This document shows, piece by piece, positions 26,768-37,404 of a stretch of DNA of 64,000 nt. Position numbers and translations under genes: made by a program. Positions within the stretch are counted from its first letter, which is position 1. Every line of letters starts with the position of its first letter. Source of the DNA: a virus; IMG/VR virus record IMGVR_UViG_3300023179_000039, positions 32,001 to 96,000 of that record; one strand, given 5' to 3'. The notes under the pieces were generated by a model that saw only the letters and a list, made by a program, of their open reading frames with translations, was not told where the DNA came from and ran no database searches.

Positions 26768-29065
26768 ATGGCACGTACAATTCAGTCACCCGGAGTTGAA
26801 ATTCAAGAAATAGATTTATCGTTGAGAAACGCTGGTGCACCATCTACCGTGGTGTTTGTTCCAGGATTTGCATCAAAAGGCCCTTCTTCAGAACCTATTA
26901 GCGTTACATCGTTATCAGAATTTGAACAGATTTTTGGTCAGCCTACCAACTCCGCTGAAAGATATTTTTATCACTCTGTAAAAGCTACTCTACAGTCACC
27001 TGCAACTCCTATTGTATATCGTCTACCTTACGGTGCCGGTGCAGGAGTAGATACAAGTGATGAATACAGTGCTTTGGTATATCCTGTTAAGACCTACTGC
27101 CCTTCCACCGGATATGTAGATACAGATTTAACAAAGCCCGATAGCGTTTACTTTTTTGGAGCTCCTACTCACTTAAAACTTACACAATCAGAATATCTTT
27201 CAATCTTAAAGGGCGATGCTTTTAGCTGGGATAGCAATACATACGGCAGAACAACATTTAATTCTGTAACAGCTCTAAGCGGCGCAGGAATGATAGTTTT
27301 AAATAAAGGACAAACAACAATCAATACAAAGTTTGAAGGTGTATATATTGGTGTTATAGATAATACAAACCTAAATCCAGCTACACCTTACAATGATGTT
27401 AATGCAGTATACAGTGTCAACAAGGAAGACAAATCAATCGAAGGATCAAACTACGTTACAATTCCTGAAGTTCGTCTTAACTTTACTCTTTCCGCTGATT
27501 CAACAGGCTTACAGGGCAGTGTATCCGAGGTATTAGAAAATATACCTACATTTGATATTTCTTCAAATCAGTTTGATGATACCGTAACAATCGGCGTCTT
27601 TAAGCTCAGACAATCAGTATTCTCACCAGATACAATTGCTCTCGATTTCGTACTACAAGAAGGTTATACAGCTTCATTCGACGCCAACCGTCAGATTAAT
27701 AGTACTAATGGCGGACCCGCTGTTAGCTACTTCATGGAAACCGCAGATCAAAATTCTACAAATATTACAACCATTATTAACCCTTATATTTCTAATAAGG
27801 GTGCAAATACATGGCTAGATGCAAATGGTGTTCCGGTTAAGAAAGTACGTTTTCTTAGCACCGGCCTTGCAACGCCTCTAGATGGTGAAACATCAACACA
27901 ATATTTAGCCCGCGTCGGTGCACCTCAGGCAACAGTACAGAGCTTACTTGCCTCACTAGGTACAACAAACGCTCTTTACGCTCTAGGTGATTATAATAGT
28001 GAAGATCTTTCTACAAAAATCATTGGTAATGTACCAGCTAAGCTTTCGATAGCTACAGAAAAGATAACAAATTCTGATCTCTATCCTTTAAATCTAACTG
28101 TAGAGGCTGGTCTCGGTACAGTGTACGTAAATTCGTTTAACCCTTCAACATACGGTTATTTTGATGATAGTGTACCTTATGATCTAGTCAATGAAACCTT
28201 AGCTATACAAAATCCTAGCACAACTTCTGATATTGTACAACAATACAACGCAGTAGTTGCACCGTTTATTAATTTAACGTTAACACGAAAAGATCATATG
28301 TTTATCGCTGATGCGATTACTAACATCTTTATACAAGGTGCTAATCTTAAGACATTAGATATTCCGGATAACACATTTTCATCTCATATTTACTGGCCCC
28401 TAAAGAATCAATTTGCTGGTGTAGATACTAGCTATGCTTGCACATTTGGTAATGTAGCTAAAGTAGCTGATCCTTCAACAAACCAACAGGTTTGGGTTCC
28501 ATTCTCTGGATTTGCTGCAGCATCAATGGCTTCAACTGATACTAACTTCCAGCCATGGTATGCACCGGCAGGCTTTACCCGTGGTATTATCAATGGCGTA
28601 GTAGATATTGGTATGTATCCTAAGCAGAAACAACGCGATCAGCTTTATCGTATTAATATTAATCCGGTAACATTCTTCCCTGCAGAAGGGTTTGTAATCT
28701 TCGGGCAGAAGACTCTTCAAAAGAAGCCAAGCGCTTTTGATCGTATTAATGTACGTAGACTGTTCTTGAATATCGAAACAGCAACTCGCGATACAGTTAA
28801 GTTCTTCTTATTTGAGCCAAACACATTGTTTACCCGTACTCAAATTATCAATAGCTTAACACCAATCTATGATAATGCTAAAAATACACAAGGTATATAT
28901 GATTATCTCTTAATTTGCGACGAACGTAATAATACGCCCGAGACTATTGATGATAATACAATTGTAATAGATGTCTATATTAAGCCTGTAAGAGCTGCAG
29001 AGTATATACTTTGTAACTTCTACTGCACAAGAACTGGTACAAACTTCCAGGAGATTGTAACTTAA
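26768..29065 (+). CDS. gp18: Tail sheath protein
   Basis: SPGVEIQEIDLS, PWYAPAGFTRG, RDQLY...INPV, GQKTL, FDRINVRRLF, FEPN. Confidence 0.97.
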   Translation: MARTIQSPGVEIQEIDLSLRNAGAPSTVVFVPGFASKGPSSEPISVTSLSEFEQIFGQPTNSAERYFYHSVKATLQSPATPIVYRLPYGAGAGVDTSDEYSALVYPVKTYCPSTGYVDTDLTKPDSVYFFGAPTHLKLTQSEYLSILKGDAFSWDSNTYGRTTFNSVTALSGAGMIVLNKGQTTINTKFEGVYIGVIDNTNLNPATPYNDVNAVYSVNKEDKSIEGSNYVTIPEVRLNFTLSADSTGLQGSVSEVLENIPTFDISSNQFDDTVTIGVFKLRQSVFSPDTIALDFVLQEGYTASFDANRQINSTNGGPAVSYFMETADQNSTNITTIINPYISNKGANTWLDANGVPVKKVRFLSTGLATPLDGETSTQYLARVGAPQATVQSLLASLGTTNALYALGDYNSEDLSTKIIGNVPAKLSIATEKITNSDLYPLNLTVEAGLGTVYVNSFNPSTYGYFDDSVPYDLVNETLAIQNPSTTSDIVQQYNAVVAPFINLTLTRKDHMFIADAITNIFIQGANLKTLDIPDNTFSSHIYWPLKNQFAGVDTSYACTFGNVAKVADPSTNQQVWVPFSGFAAASMASTDTNFQPWYAPAGFTRGIINGVVDIGMYPKQKQRDQLYRININPVTFFPAEGFVIFGQKTLQKKPSAFDRINVRRLFLNIETATRDTVKFFLFEPNTLFTRTQIINSLTPIYDNAKNTQGIYDYLLICDERNNTPETIDDNTIVIDVYIKPVRAAEYILCNFYCTRTGTNFQEIVT

Positions 29066-29069
29066 TAGA

Positions 29070-29075
29070 TAAATA
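29070..29075 (+). promoter_or_regulatory. Late-type promoter TAAATA
   Basis: 5 nt before ATG 29081. Confidence 0.65.
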
Positions 29076-29080
29076 CTTTT

Positions 29081-29629
29081 ATGGCAGACGTAAATCAATT
29101 AATTACAGACTTCTACAGAGTAGCACAAAATCGCGAGTTCGCTCGTGATTATAACTTCAGAGTATTATCAATTAATACTGGAGGCGCTAGCAACGTAACA
29201 TTCGATCAAGACGATCTCGTATATGTTAAGACAGCTTCTTTACCTGCCCGTCAAATAAAAAACGTCGAAGTACCTTACATGGGATTAAACTTTAACCTTC
29301 CTGGTAATGCTACGTATCCCGGTTCTGATGCTTATGAAATGGCATTTTATGCTGATGCACAGTCTAAAATTCGTCAGAAATTTGAAACATGGTCATTAGA
29401 TATCTTTAATGACGCTAATTCAACCGGTAACTATTTTGCACCAAAGCAGACAGCTATTATTGATTTAGTTCAACTCGATAACCAGCTTAACAAAGTTGCA
29501 CAGTATCAATTAGTTGGTGTTTCAGTAAGAAATGTTGGCCCGATAAGCTATAACATTGCTGCTGGCACTGGCGAAACAATTGAATTTACCGCTACAGTTT
29601 CTTATCACTATTGGAGAAATATCGGCTAA
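29081..29629 (+). CDS. gp19: Tail tube protein
   Basis: KTASLP...VEVPYMG, IRQKFETW, VQLD, EFTATVSYHYW; follows the sheath gene. Confidence 0.88.
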   Translation: MADVNQLITDFYRVAQNREFARDYNFRVLSINTGGASNVTFDQDDLVYVKTASLPARQIKNVEVPYMGLNFNLPGNATYPGSDAYEMAFYADAQSKIRQKFETWSLDIFNDANSTGNYFAPKQTAIIDLVQLDNQLNKVAQYQLVGVSVRNVGPISYNIAAGTGETIEFTATVSYHYWRNIG

Positions 29630-29642
29630 TAGTGTCGGGTAA

Positions 29643-29648
29643 TAAATA
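29643..29648 (+). promoter_or_regulatory. Late-type promoter TAAATA
   Basis: 5 nt before GTG 29654. Confidence 0.65.
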
Positions 29649-29653
29649 ATTAG

Positions 29654-30562
29654 GTGAATAACCCGCTCACCGATGCGCTTAATGGTTTAGGTAAAAATTT
29701 TACCGGTTTATTTACAGGTACTAATCCGTCTTTTTCTCCTCAAATTACTGATCTGTTTGGGTTTAATATACCCGGAGTTCCTTTAATTAGTGTACGTGAT
29801 TATTTCCTCGTACAAATGGAATCTTGGTTTACTTCAATACCAAATTCTACACAATGGATAATTGTAATTGATAGATACCCATCATGTTTGAGCACAAGCG
29901 TTATTCAAGGTCTTGAGCGTACTGATGGTGCAAAGAAAGGGTTTAATATAGATACTGCTGCATCGATTTTAAAAAGTTTTCCTTTTCAAAAAATTATAGG
30001 TTGCTTGTTTGCACATGAGGTAACTATTCCTACCGAGCAGTTCGAAGTACAAACGGCTAATGTTAATAACAACAGAGGATTTTTACCAGGTATTTTAGGT
30101 GGTCCGAGGAGTAATGATTTTCCTTCTCTAGTAATAGATTTTCGCGAAACTAACACTTCATTTATAGATTTTGTTATAAGACCCTGGGTTATTTTAGCAT
30201 CACACTTTGGAATGGTTGCACGACCTGGTGACACAGGTAGATCACGTGATCCTAATAATGTTAAATGTAATATGACATTACTTAACTATACCCGTACAAG
30301 CGCAGGTATTTCAATGGTACCTCGAAAAGCATTTACATTTTTTAATTGTGTGCCTTATCAAGTCAGTGAACAATCTTATGACTACACAGATGAAAAATTG
30401 TTGTCATATCAAACTAGATGGACATATTCGCATTATACAGTAGAGAATAGTTTGTACTTGCCTATTGGAGACTTAGTGAATAGAATATCTCAAGGTGAAA
30501 TACCGAGAGTTACAAGCTTCCAAAACGGACTTAGTATTCCTAATCCGGTAAACTTCTTATAA
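29654..30562 (+). CDS. Tube-fold baseplate protein (gp54-like tube initiator)
   Basis: VTIP, IDFRET...RPW, F.NCVP..V....DY....WTYSHY tube-family pattern. Confidence 0.6.
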   Translation: MNNPLTDALNGLGKNFTGLFTGTNPSFSPQITDLFGFNIPGVPLISVRDYFLVQMESWFTSIPNSTQWIIVIDRYPSCLSTSVIQGLERTDGAKKGFNIDTAASILKSFPFQKIIGCLFAHEVTIPTEQFEVQTANVNNNRGFLPGILGGPRSNDFPSLVIDFRETNTSFIDFVIRPWVILASHFGMVARPGDTGRSRDPNNVKCNMTLLNYTRTSAGISMVPRKAFTFFNCVPYQVSEQSYDYTDEKLLSYQTRWTYSHYTVENSLYLPIGDLVNRISQGEIPRVTSFQNGLSIPNPVNFL

Positions 30563-31401
30563 TGTCATTTCATTTAAACTTTACATCTCCAACACTAAAC
30601 AAAAATTTTAAACTTAAAGAACTAAGTTTCTCTCAATATAGGACGCTGAATAAATTTTTAATTAACAATAACAATAATCATATTTCAGAATATTTAGACA
30701 TCATACTACACGAATGTCTAGTAGAAAAAAATGAGTTCTTAGATCTTTCAAGTTTTGATAAATTTTGCGCATTGTTCTTACTTAGATGTACATGTATTTC
30801 TCCAGAAATAGAATTTTTAAAGAATAATTTAAAATCAAAAGCTTCTTTACTACCTTTTTTACAGAAATGTCTAGATTTTAAAACAGAGTTTTTTGAAACT
30901 GTTAAAGTAGATGAAAATATTGAATTAAAATTATCTTTACCGAAAATATTTTTCTTTGAAACTTATTTCGATGCAATGTATGAATCTATTGATTCTGTAT
31001 ATCACAATGGCAACCTTGTAGAATATAGCAACAAAAAAGAACTAGTAGAGATTTTACCTGCAGGGGTTCTTAATTCTTTAAAAGAGTTTAGTGAAAAAAT
31101 TACTGACGCTTTTAAGCCATTAGTTTTAAATATTGGCGTAAACGAAAAAGATCAATTTTCTTTGACACCTTATAATTTGTCGTTTTTAGAAATTTTAAAA
31201 GCACTTTTCTCTGCTAATTTAAAAAACATATTTGAACTGCAATATGTTTTAGTTAGTAAATGCAGATACAATCCTGACTATGTTGACAAAAACACATTGG
31301 CAGAAAATTTAATTCTACTAAGCGTTTATGAAGAAGAAGTAAAAAAGATTAACGAAGAACAGAGCAAATCAATTGATAAACAAAATTTAGGTAATAAATA
31401 G
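30562..31401 (+). CDS. Baseplate hub assembly protein (gp26/gp51-like)
   Basis: LSSFDKFCALFLLR resembles gp26 L..FD.EY.FL.LR; C-terminal part is gp51-like. Confidence 0.55.
   Translation: MSFHLNFTSPTLNKNFKLKELSFSQYRTLNKFLINNNNNHISEYLDIILHECLVEKNEFLDLSSFDKFCALFLLRCTCISPEIEFLKNNLKSKASLLPFLQKCLDFKTEFFETVKVDENIELKLSLPKIFFFETYFDAMYESIDSVYHNGNLVEYSNKKELVEILPAGVLNSLKEFSEKITDAFKPLVLNIGVNEKDQFSLTPYNLSFLEILKALFSANLKNIFELQYVLVSKCRYNPDYVDKNTLAENLILLSVYEEEVKKINEEQSKSIDKQNLGNK
31395..31400 (+). promoter_or_regulatory. Late-type promoter TAAATA
   Basis: 5 nt before ATG 31406. Confidence 0.65.
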
Positions 31402-31405
31402 GCTT

Positions 31406-32155
31406 ATGAGTACTTTTAATTCTGCTTTAAGTTCCTTAGAGTCACTCACAAAAATTTACGATATATTTGTACCTTCTCTTAACAAGACTGTCAAATTTAA
31501 AGGATTAACTACCAAGCAACAGAAAGAAGCTGTAAAAACCGCTCTAGATAAAAATATAACAGGAATTACTTTTTCAAACCTTTTAAATCAGGTTATTATA
31601 GAAAATTCTACAGAAAAAAACAAATATCTTCTTTCTGATAGGAGTTATATTGTTACTGCACTTCGTGTTACTTCTCTATCTAAAACCTTTACGGTAGATG
31701 AAACGGTTGTAGACCTTTCTTTTGTAAGTAACAATAAATTCGCTTTACCTGAGGATTTAAAAACAAAGGAAATAGTAGATGATAATGTAAAGATATCTGT
31801 TTCTATCCCAACCCTAGAAAAAGACACTTACGTTAATAATGAAACTCGTAAGAAATTAGCAGTACTTCCAGATAATGATAGTTTTGCCAAAGAGTCTATC
31901 GGTGAGGTTTTTGTTAATGAATTAGTAAAGTATATCGACTCTTTGACAATAATAGACGGTCAGCAGCCAACGACTATTGTTTTTAATGAACTAACTTTTG
32001 AACAAAAACTTCAAGTTGTAGAAAGCTTGCCTCTTAATATTAATACAAAGCTTGTAGATTATATAAATTCAGTAAAACTGTTTGAAAAGAAATACTTTAC
32101 AGATAACGGTAATACTGTAGATTTTGAGTTAGACCCCACACTTTTTACTGTCTAA
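31406..32155 (+). CDS. Baseplate hub assembly chaperone (gp26-like)
   Basis: VPSLNKTVKFKGLTTKQQK resembles gp26 LPS....+.+RPF.VK+EK; VESLP. Confidence 0.65.
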   Translation: MSTFNSALSSLESLTKIYDIFVPSLNKTVKFKGLTTKQQKEAVKTALDKNITGITFSNLLNQVIIENSTEKNKYLLSDRSYIVTALRVTSLSKTFTVDETVVDLSFVSNNKFALPEDLKTKEIVDDNVKISVSIPTLEKDTYVNNETRKKLAVLPDNDSFAKESIGEVFVNELVKYIDSLTIIDGQQPTTIVFNELTFEQKLQVVESLPLNINTKLVDYINSVKLFEKKYFTDNGNTVDFELDPTLFTV

Positions 32156-32169
32156 TTTAGTTAAATAAT

Positions 32170-32175
32170 TAAATA
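32170..32175 (+). promoter_or_regulatory. Late-type promoter TAAATA
   Basis: 6 nt before ATG 32182. Confidence 0.6.
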
Positions 32176-32181
32176 TTATTA

Positions 32182-34104
32182 ATGAATGATGATGGGGTAT
32201 CTGCTATACTCAATAATAGTGCTGCTATACAACAACAGCTAACTACAATTCTAGCACTCTTACAAAAGAAAAAAGATGTAGATGGTAATTTTAAACCTGA
32301 AGAATTAAAAAATCTTCAAGAAATGCTTTTTCCAGAGCAAAAAAACGATAGAACAGCTTTTCGCCGTTTAAAGCAAAAACAAAAATCACTTCAAGGTATT
32401 CCTGTATCTTTAGACTCTATTTCTCCTGAAGGTAAGAGAGATATTAAGAAGGCTTTTAGTAACTTATTTTCGTTTAAAATGGAGACAAAAAAACCTGATG
32501 AAAAAAGCAGCCCTTGGGCTAAATTATTCTTTGTTATTGCGTTTGTTGTTGGATTTATAATTGGTGCTATTCAACAAGTTTTTAAAGATATAAAGTTTTT
32601 ATTCAGTCTCTTAAAGGGTAAGCTTGCCGGGCTCTTAAAAATGCTAGGCGAAACTAAAATTGGTTCTGCTATAAGAGGCCTTTTTAGAGGTGTAAAACTA
32701 AAGTTTTTAAATGCTATAAGACAATTAAAAAATACGTCTATAGTAAAATCAATAAGCGGTTTTTTTAAAGAGCTTAAAGTAGCTCTTAAATCAAAATTTA
32801 CTAAAATTATTGAAATAAGTAAAAATGCATTAGGTACAGTGGGTAAAAGAATAGGTTCTATTTTTAGTAGCGTTAAAAAGGTCATTTCTAAAATAGGCAA
32901 TTTCTTTAAACCTATTACGAGCTTTTTAAGTAAGTTTAAATCTGTTGGTAAAATTACAAGTGGTCCCGGCAAACTTATAAAAGGATTTTTAGGCTTTTTT
33001 GGTAAAATATCTAAATTTTTTAAACTCGGATTAAAGGTCGGCAAACTTTTTGGTAGGCTTTTAGGACCATTATTTGCAATTTTTGAGGTGTTTACTGGAA
33101 TATTTAAAGCATTTACAGATGATAAGCTTACTGATAAATCTTTTATGCAAAAGCTTATTACCGGTATTCTAGGCGGTCTAGGAAGCTTTTTTGATTTATT
33201 CTCAATTTTCGGTTTGGAATTTTTTAATTTTGATGAAATTAGAGATAGAATAGAAAAAATATTTAAACCGTTTAGAGAAGGTAAATGGCTAGAAGGTTTA
33301 GGGCAAATTATAAATCAAGTTGTTTCGTGGTTTTTAGCAGTACCTGGTAAAATAGTTGGCTGGGTTGTAGGCTTCTTTAATAAAGACTTAGGTAAAAAAA
33401 TAACCGAATATTATCGTAAATTTGATTATTTTGAATGGTTAAAAGGTGTTTTTGCTACTTTAATGAAGTGGGTAAAAAAATTCGCACACTTTTTTGTTAG
33501 TATAAAAGATAAAGTAATAGAAATTTATGATAAAATAAAAGGGTTTTCGTCTACTGTGTTTGATAAAATAACAAGCTTTATTCAAAAGCTCGTTGATTCG
33601 ATAGTAAGTATTTTTAGTTTCGGTAAAATTAAAAATTGGATTAAGGAGAAATTAGGATTTGGTGAAAATAAGCAAGAAGAAACTGGTACCAAGCCTAAGC
33701 CTACCGGTGATTTTATTGAAACATCGGAAAGAACATTAACCTCTGGTAGAGGAGCTGTTAGCTTTGATAAGAATGATGAAATTTTAGCTATGAAAGAAGG
33801 CGGACCTATTTCTAATATTTTAAGACGCGCAAGCGACGAAACCTCTGCATCTATAAACAATCTTACATCTACCGTAAAGCAAATTAACGATGCTTTTGCA
33901 AAATTCGTTAAAGCAGCTACCACTATGCAGCAAAACGAATTAAAATTAATGGCTGAAAATATTAACCTTTTAAAAGATATTAGAGAAAAGAAAAATGATT
34001 CTAGTGTAATAGTACAAAACAACAACAATAGTAGCATTTTTAATGAAAAAGTAGCTTCTAATTTAGATTTTAGACGCTCAATGCTTGCTAAAGGAGCATT
34101 TTAA
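32182..34104 (+). CDS. Tape measure protein (gp29-like)
   Basis: 640 aa of amphipathic K/F/G-rich helices with a hydrophobic segment; tail-module position. Confidence 0.75.
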   Translation: MNDDGVSAILNNSAAIQQQLTTILALLQKKKDVDGNFKPEELKNLQEMLFPEQKNDRTAFRRLKQKQKSLQGIPVSLDSISPEGKRDIKKAFSNLFSFKMETKKPDEKSSPWAKLFFVIAFVVGFIIGAIQQVFKDIKFLFSLLKGKLAGLLKMLGETKIGSAIRGLFRGVKLKFLNAIRQLKNTSIVKSISGFFKELKVALKSKFTKIIEISKNALGTVGKRIGSIFSSVKKVISKIGNFFKPITSFLSKFKSVGKITSGPGKLIKGFLGFFGKISKFFKLGLKVGKLFGRLLGPLFAIFEVFTGIFKAFTDDKLTDKSFMQKLITGILGGLGSFFDLFSIFGLEFFNFDEIRDRIEKIFKPFREGKWLEGLGQIINQVVSWFLAVPGKIVGWVVGFFNKDLGKKITEYYRKFDYFEWLKGVFATLMKWVKKFAHFFVSIKDKVIEIYDKIKGFSSTVFDKITSFIQKLVDSIVSIFSFGKIKNWIKEKLGFGENKQEETGTKPKPTGDFIETSERTLTSGRGAVSFDKNDEILAMKEGGPISNILRRASDETSASINNLTSTVKQINDAFAKFVKAATTMQQNELKLMAENINLLKDIREKKNDSSVIVQNNNNSSIFNEKVASNLDFRRSMLAKGAF

Positions 34105-34110
34105 TAAGTA
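34105..34110 (+). promoter_or_regulatory. Late-type promoter variant TAAGTA
   Basis: 6 nt before ATG 34117. Confidence 0.55.
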
Positions 34111-34116
34111 AACATT

Positions 34117-35400
34117 ATGGATCAGCTTTTTTCAATTAGTAGGACGCGTTCTTTTTCTGATTTTAAGCAAGATAATACTGTTGACGTTGAACCACCAATT
34201 TTAGTTGCTCCGCAGAATACGCCTCTTGGTTCTGGCATAGGACAGAGTACTGCAACACCTTTAGGCGGTGTTGTTGATGTGGTTAGTGGGTTTTACTGGA
34301 CAAGCTCTAAACTTAATTCTGCAAGAAAAGAAGTACCACGTATTATTTTATCAGAAAAGAAATTAAAGGCTAACGCGTTGATATCACAGTTAAAATACTC
34401 CTTTGGCGCGTCGCGCAATAATGTAAAAGGCATTGTTAACAACTTACCTGATAATCTTGCAAACCCTCTTCAAAAATGGGTTTCAAAAGCTACAGAAGCT
34501 GCAGGCGGTACAGAATTAGGTCAAGCTGCTACTGACGCATACAATCAAGCTGATTACATGCAGGATAATAATGATATATACAAAACTAACCCTTATTTAA
34601 TACCATATCAAAACTTATATATCACCGAGCCTACAGGGTGGGAATTTATTTTACCATACTTCGATAATTACAACAACTCTGCACTAAATGCTTTCTCAAA
34701 CGATATGGGCGGCAGCACAGGACTTAGCTTTCTTCAACAAGCAAGAGATATTGCAACTGACATTGCTGAAATAACTAGTGTATTAAGATCACCAACACAA
34801 ATTACGTTCGTAGAAAAAGCCAAATTTTACAATTACCCATCAGAAGGTGAAGAATTTACTTTCGGTTTTCCTCTTATTAATACAGGCGCTGCCACTTTTA
34901 ATGATGTAGTTAGAAATTGGCAATTATTATTCCTATTATTGTATAATAATAAGCCGTCTAGAAGAAATGTTTCTGTTGTTGATCCGCCTGTACTTTATCA
35001 AGTTGAAATACCTGGAGTAAAATTTCTACCGTTTTGCTACATATCTAATATAGCAGTCGACTTTCAAGGGTCTAGAAGAGAAATTAATTTTAATCTATCT
35101 ACTACAGAAAATTTAAATGTAGATGCTTCTGTTTCATCAATAGGGCCTACTAGAAAAGATGAAGTATTACCTGAAAATACTGTTAGATTTTTTAATAATC
35201 AATCTTCCACAAAAAATGTAAGCACCATAATACCTGACGCTTACAGTGTAAGAATAACTATTAAAAGTTTATTGCCAGAGACTAAAAACTTTATGTATAC
35301 TGTTCTCAATAAATCAAATCTTGTTTCGACAAATACACTAGGAGCGGGTGTAGAAGGTACTTTAAACCCTATAGTTAACGCTAATTTGCCACAAGGCTAA
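34117..35400 (+). CDS. Baseplate tail-tube cap (gp48-like)
   Basis: FTFGFPL, PP.LYQV, CYISNIAVDF tube-like C-terminal domain; lies between tape measure and gp53. Confidence 0.6.
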   Translation: MDQLFSISRTRSFSDFKQDNTVDVEPPILVAPQNTPLGSGIGQSTATPLGGVVDVVSGFYWTSSKLNSARKEVPRIILSEKKLKANALISQLKYSFGASRNNVKGIVNNLPDNLANPLQKWVSKATEAAGGTELGQAATDAYNQADYMQDNNDIYKTNPYLIPYQNLYITEPTGWEFILPYFDNYNNSALNAFSNDMGGSTGLSFLQQARDIATDIAEITSVLRSPTQITFVEKAKFYNYPSEGEEFTFGFPLINTGAATFNDVVRNWQLLFLLLYNNKPSRRNVSVVDPPVLYQVEIPGVKFLPFCYISNIAVDFQGSRREINFNLSTTENLNVDASVSSIGPTRKDEVLPENTVRFFNNQSSTKNVSTIIPDAYSVRITIKSLLPETKNFMYTVLNKSNLVSTNTLGAGVEGTLNPIVNANLPQG

Positions 35401-35424
35401 CATAGTTAAATTAATATATTACAA

Positions 35425-35430
35425 TAAGTA
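35425..35430 (+). promoter_or_regulatory. Late-type promoter variant TAAGTA
   Basis: 5 nt before ATG 35436. Confidence 0.55.
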
Positions 35431-35435
35431 ATATT

Positions 35436-35801
35436 ATGGACGGCGAATTTCAGAGCCAAATTGCTGGATTACCCGGTTTAAAGAGTTTTAGATATGAAAA
35501 TATTTTTAAACTATACAAAACCGACAACGATCAGTATTATTATAACCTATTACAATCAGTTTTTTTGCCGGAAAAAATAAGCGAAAATTACATTTACTAT
35601 CAATTAATTACCACTAAAATGCCTTGGACGATTGTAAGCTTTAATGCTTATAAAACCATAGAATTGTGGTGGCTTATTTGTTTAACTAATAAGATTTATA
35701 ATCCCGTTATTTTTCCCGAAGAAAATACATTAGTAAAAATTATTAAACCGCCCTTTGTTTCTGCAGTTATTAATGAAATAAGCAATTCTATAAAGAAATA
35801 A
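35436..35801 (+). CDS. gp53: Baseplate wedge protein (LysM-like)
   Basis: VSFNAYKTIELWWLICLTNKIYNP matches gp53 +S...YG....WW+I...N.I.+P. Confidence 0.75.
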   Translation: MDGEFQSQIAGLPGLKSFRYENIFKLYKTDNDQYYYNLLQSVFLPEKISENYIYYQLITTKMPWTIVSFNAYKTIELWWLICLTNKIYNPVIFPEENTLVKIIKPPFVSAVINEISNSIKK

Positions 35802-35802
35802 T

Positions 35803-37404
35803 ATGGCCACGAGTATTATAACTACCGGTACTAATAACAATGCTAATGACACATCTAACCGCTTTAAAACGGTTATTAATAATAACCCATACAAGTTTAA
35901 TATAGGGTTAGCAACCTCTGATGGTAGATATCAAGAACTAAGAGTAGGTGCTATTAACAATCTAGTCATTCAAGATACTTTTTTAAATTTTTACACAACC
36001 GGATATATCATTATTAATAATACTTTTGATGCTGTTGAAAGATTATCTGAGTTTGAAAATTCAAAAAACACACAGACAACAAATAATAACTCTTCTGTTC
36101 AAGGATATCTGATGAGGGGCGATGCAAGAGATGTGTTAATTGTCGATATTATGCCTGATTTATCTGAAAATGCAAATTACGGTAACGTAAAAGATTCTAA
36201 TGCCGACAAAGCTTTTAAAATGTCATATATTTTTGCCATATACAATACAGAAGAAATATTAGGTAATTCACCAGGACAAAAATTTAAAAAAATGTATTTT
36301 TGGGATATGTATTACGAGCTTTTAAGAGAAAAAAATTCTTATTTTTCCACAGCAAATTCTATTAATAGTCAACAGATATCTTCTTTCGACGATAATGAAA
36401 GAGGAGTATTTACTGGAGATGCAGTAAAAGCGTTTTTAACAGACTTTTTTAAAGATGATGATGGATGGCCCGTTAAGATAGGTAATACTTTTGATCAAGG
36501 ATCTACTAAAATATTTTTTTCAGCTCCTGCTAGATACAAAGGTATAGATTGCTTGCACTATCTACTCGATAGACACACATCTAGTGTTAAAAATAGTTAT
36601 GATAAAGCGTTTTTGAGAATTGATAGAAGTGATAGTACGTTTAATCTAGAGAGTTTAAATGATATTTTTAAAAACGCATTAAACAACTCGTCAAACAATC
36701 AAGCTGTAATTGGATCTAGTTATCTAGAAACGTTTAAATTAGGTGCTTATTCACAGACAAGGGAAACGTCTTATGAAATAGAGAGTGTAAGCTTTACTCC
36801 TTTAAACGCTTTGTTCATGGACAAGTATGGAACAATTAACAATTTTACTGTAGACCCTATGCCTGGTGAATTCACACAGGAATTTATTGCTCCTGTATTA
36901 GTTCACAGTTACAGTCATAATGAAAAGCTATTTCAAATTGATCAAGAAAGAAATTCTATGAATGCTTCACTTAGCGTTTACAAAACAAATTACGTAGACA
37001 TATTTAAAAATGCAGGTCAAAATACAGGTGAAATTTTTGAAAATTTATTTCCTGGACAATATAGGTTAACTAATAAAAATGTTAAAAACGTGTTTTCTAT
37101 CATAAGTGATGATCCCGATCAACGCCTTTCTCAAGGTAGAAATAAAGTACTATTAAATTCAGTATTTTTTAATAATACGGTAAATTTTAGAGTTCCTGGT
37201 GCTACGTTTAGACAGTCAGGTCAATTTATGGGATTAACGTTTGACGGTGCAGGAATTAAGAGTGAATTTAATAAAAAACTGCTTGGTGTATATTTTATTA
37301 TTGATGTTAAACATATTTTTACTGGAAATGAATATTTTAATGAATTAAAGTGCGTAAAAACATATAACAGCGATAATCTATTATTGAACCCGGATAGCAA
37401 ATAA
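35803..37404 (+). CDS. Baseplate hub protein (gp27-like)
   Basis: C-terminal VPG...R.SG and GVYFIIDVKHIF are typical of gp27/gpD-type hubs. Confidence 0.65.
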   Translation: MATSIITTGTNNNANDTSNRFKTVINNNPYKFNIGLATSDGRYQELRVGAINNLVIQDTFLNFYTTGYIIINNTFDAVERLSEFENSKNTQTTNNNSSVQGYLMRGDARDVLIVDIMPDLSENANYGNVKDSNADKAFKMSYIFAIYNTEEILGNSPGQKFKKMYFWDMYYELLREKNSYFSTANSINSQQISSFDDNERGVFTGDAVKAFLTDFFKDDDGWPVKIGNTFDQGSTKIFFSAPARYKGIDCLHYLLDRHTSSVKNSYDKAFLRIDRSDSTFNLESLNDIFKNALNNSSNNQAVIGSSYLETFKLGAYSQTRETSYEIESVSFTPLNALFMDKYGTINNFTVDPMPGEFTQEFIAPVLVHSYSHNEKLFQIDQERNSMNASLSVYKTNYVDIFKNAGQNTGEIFENLFPGQYRLTNKNVKNVFSIISDDPDQRLSQGRNKVLLNSVFFNNTVNFRVPGATFRQSGQFMGLTFDGAGIKSEFNKKLLGVYFIIDVKHIFTGNEYFNELKCVKTYNSDNLLLNPDSK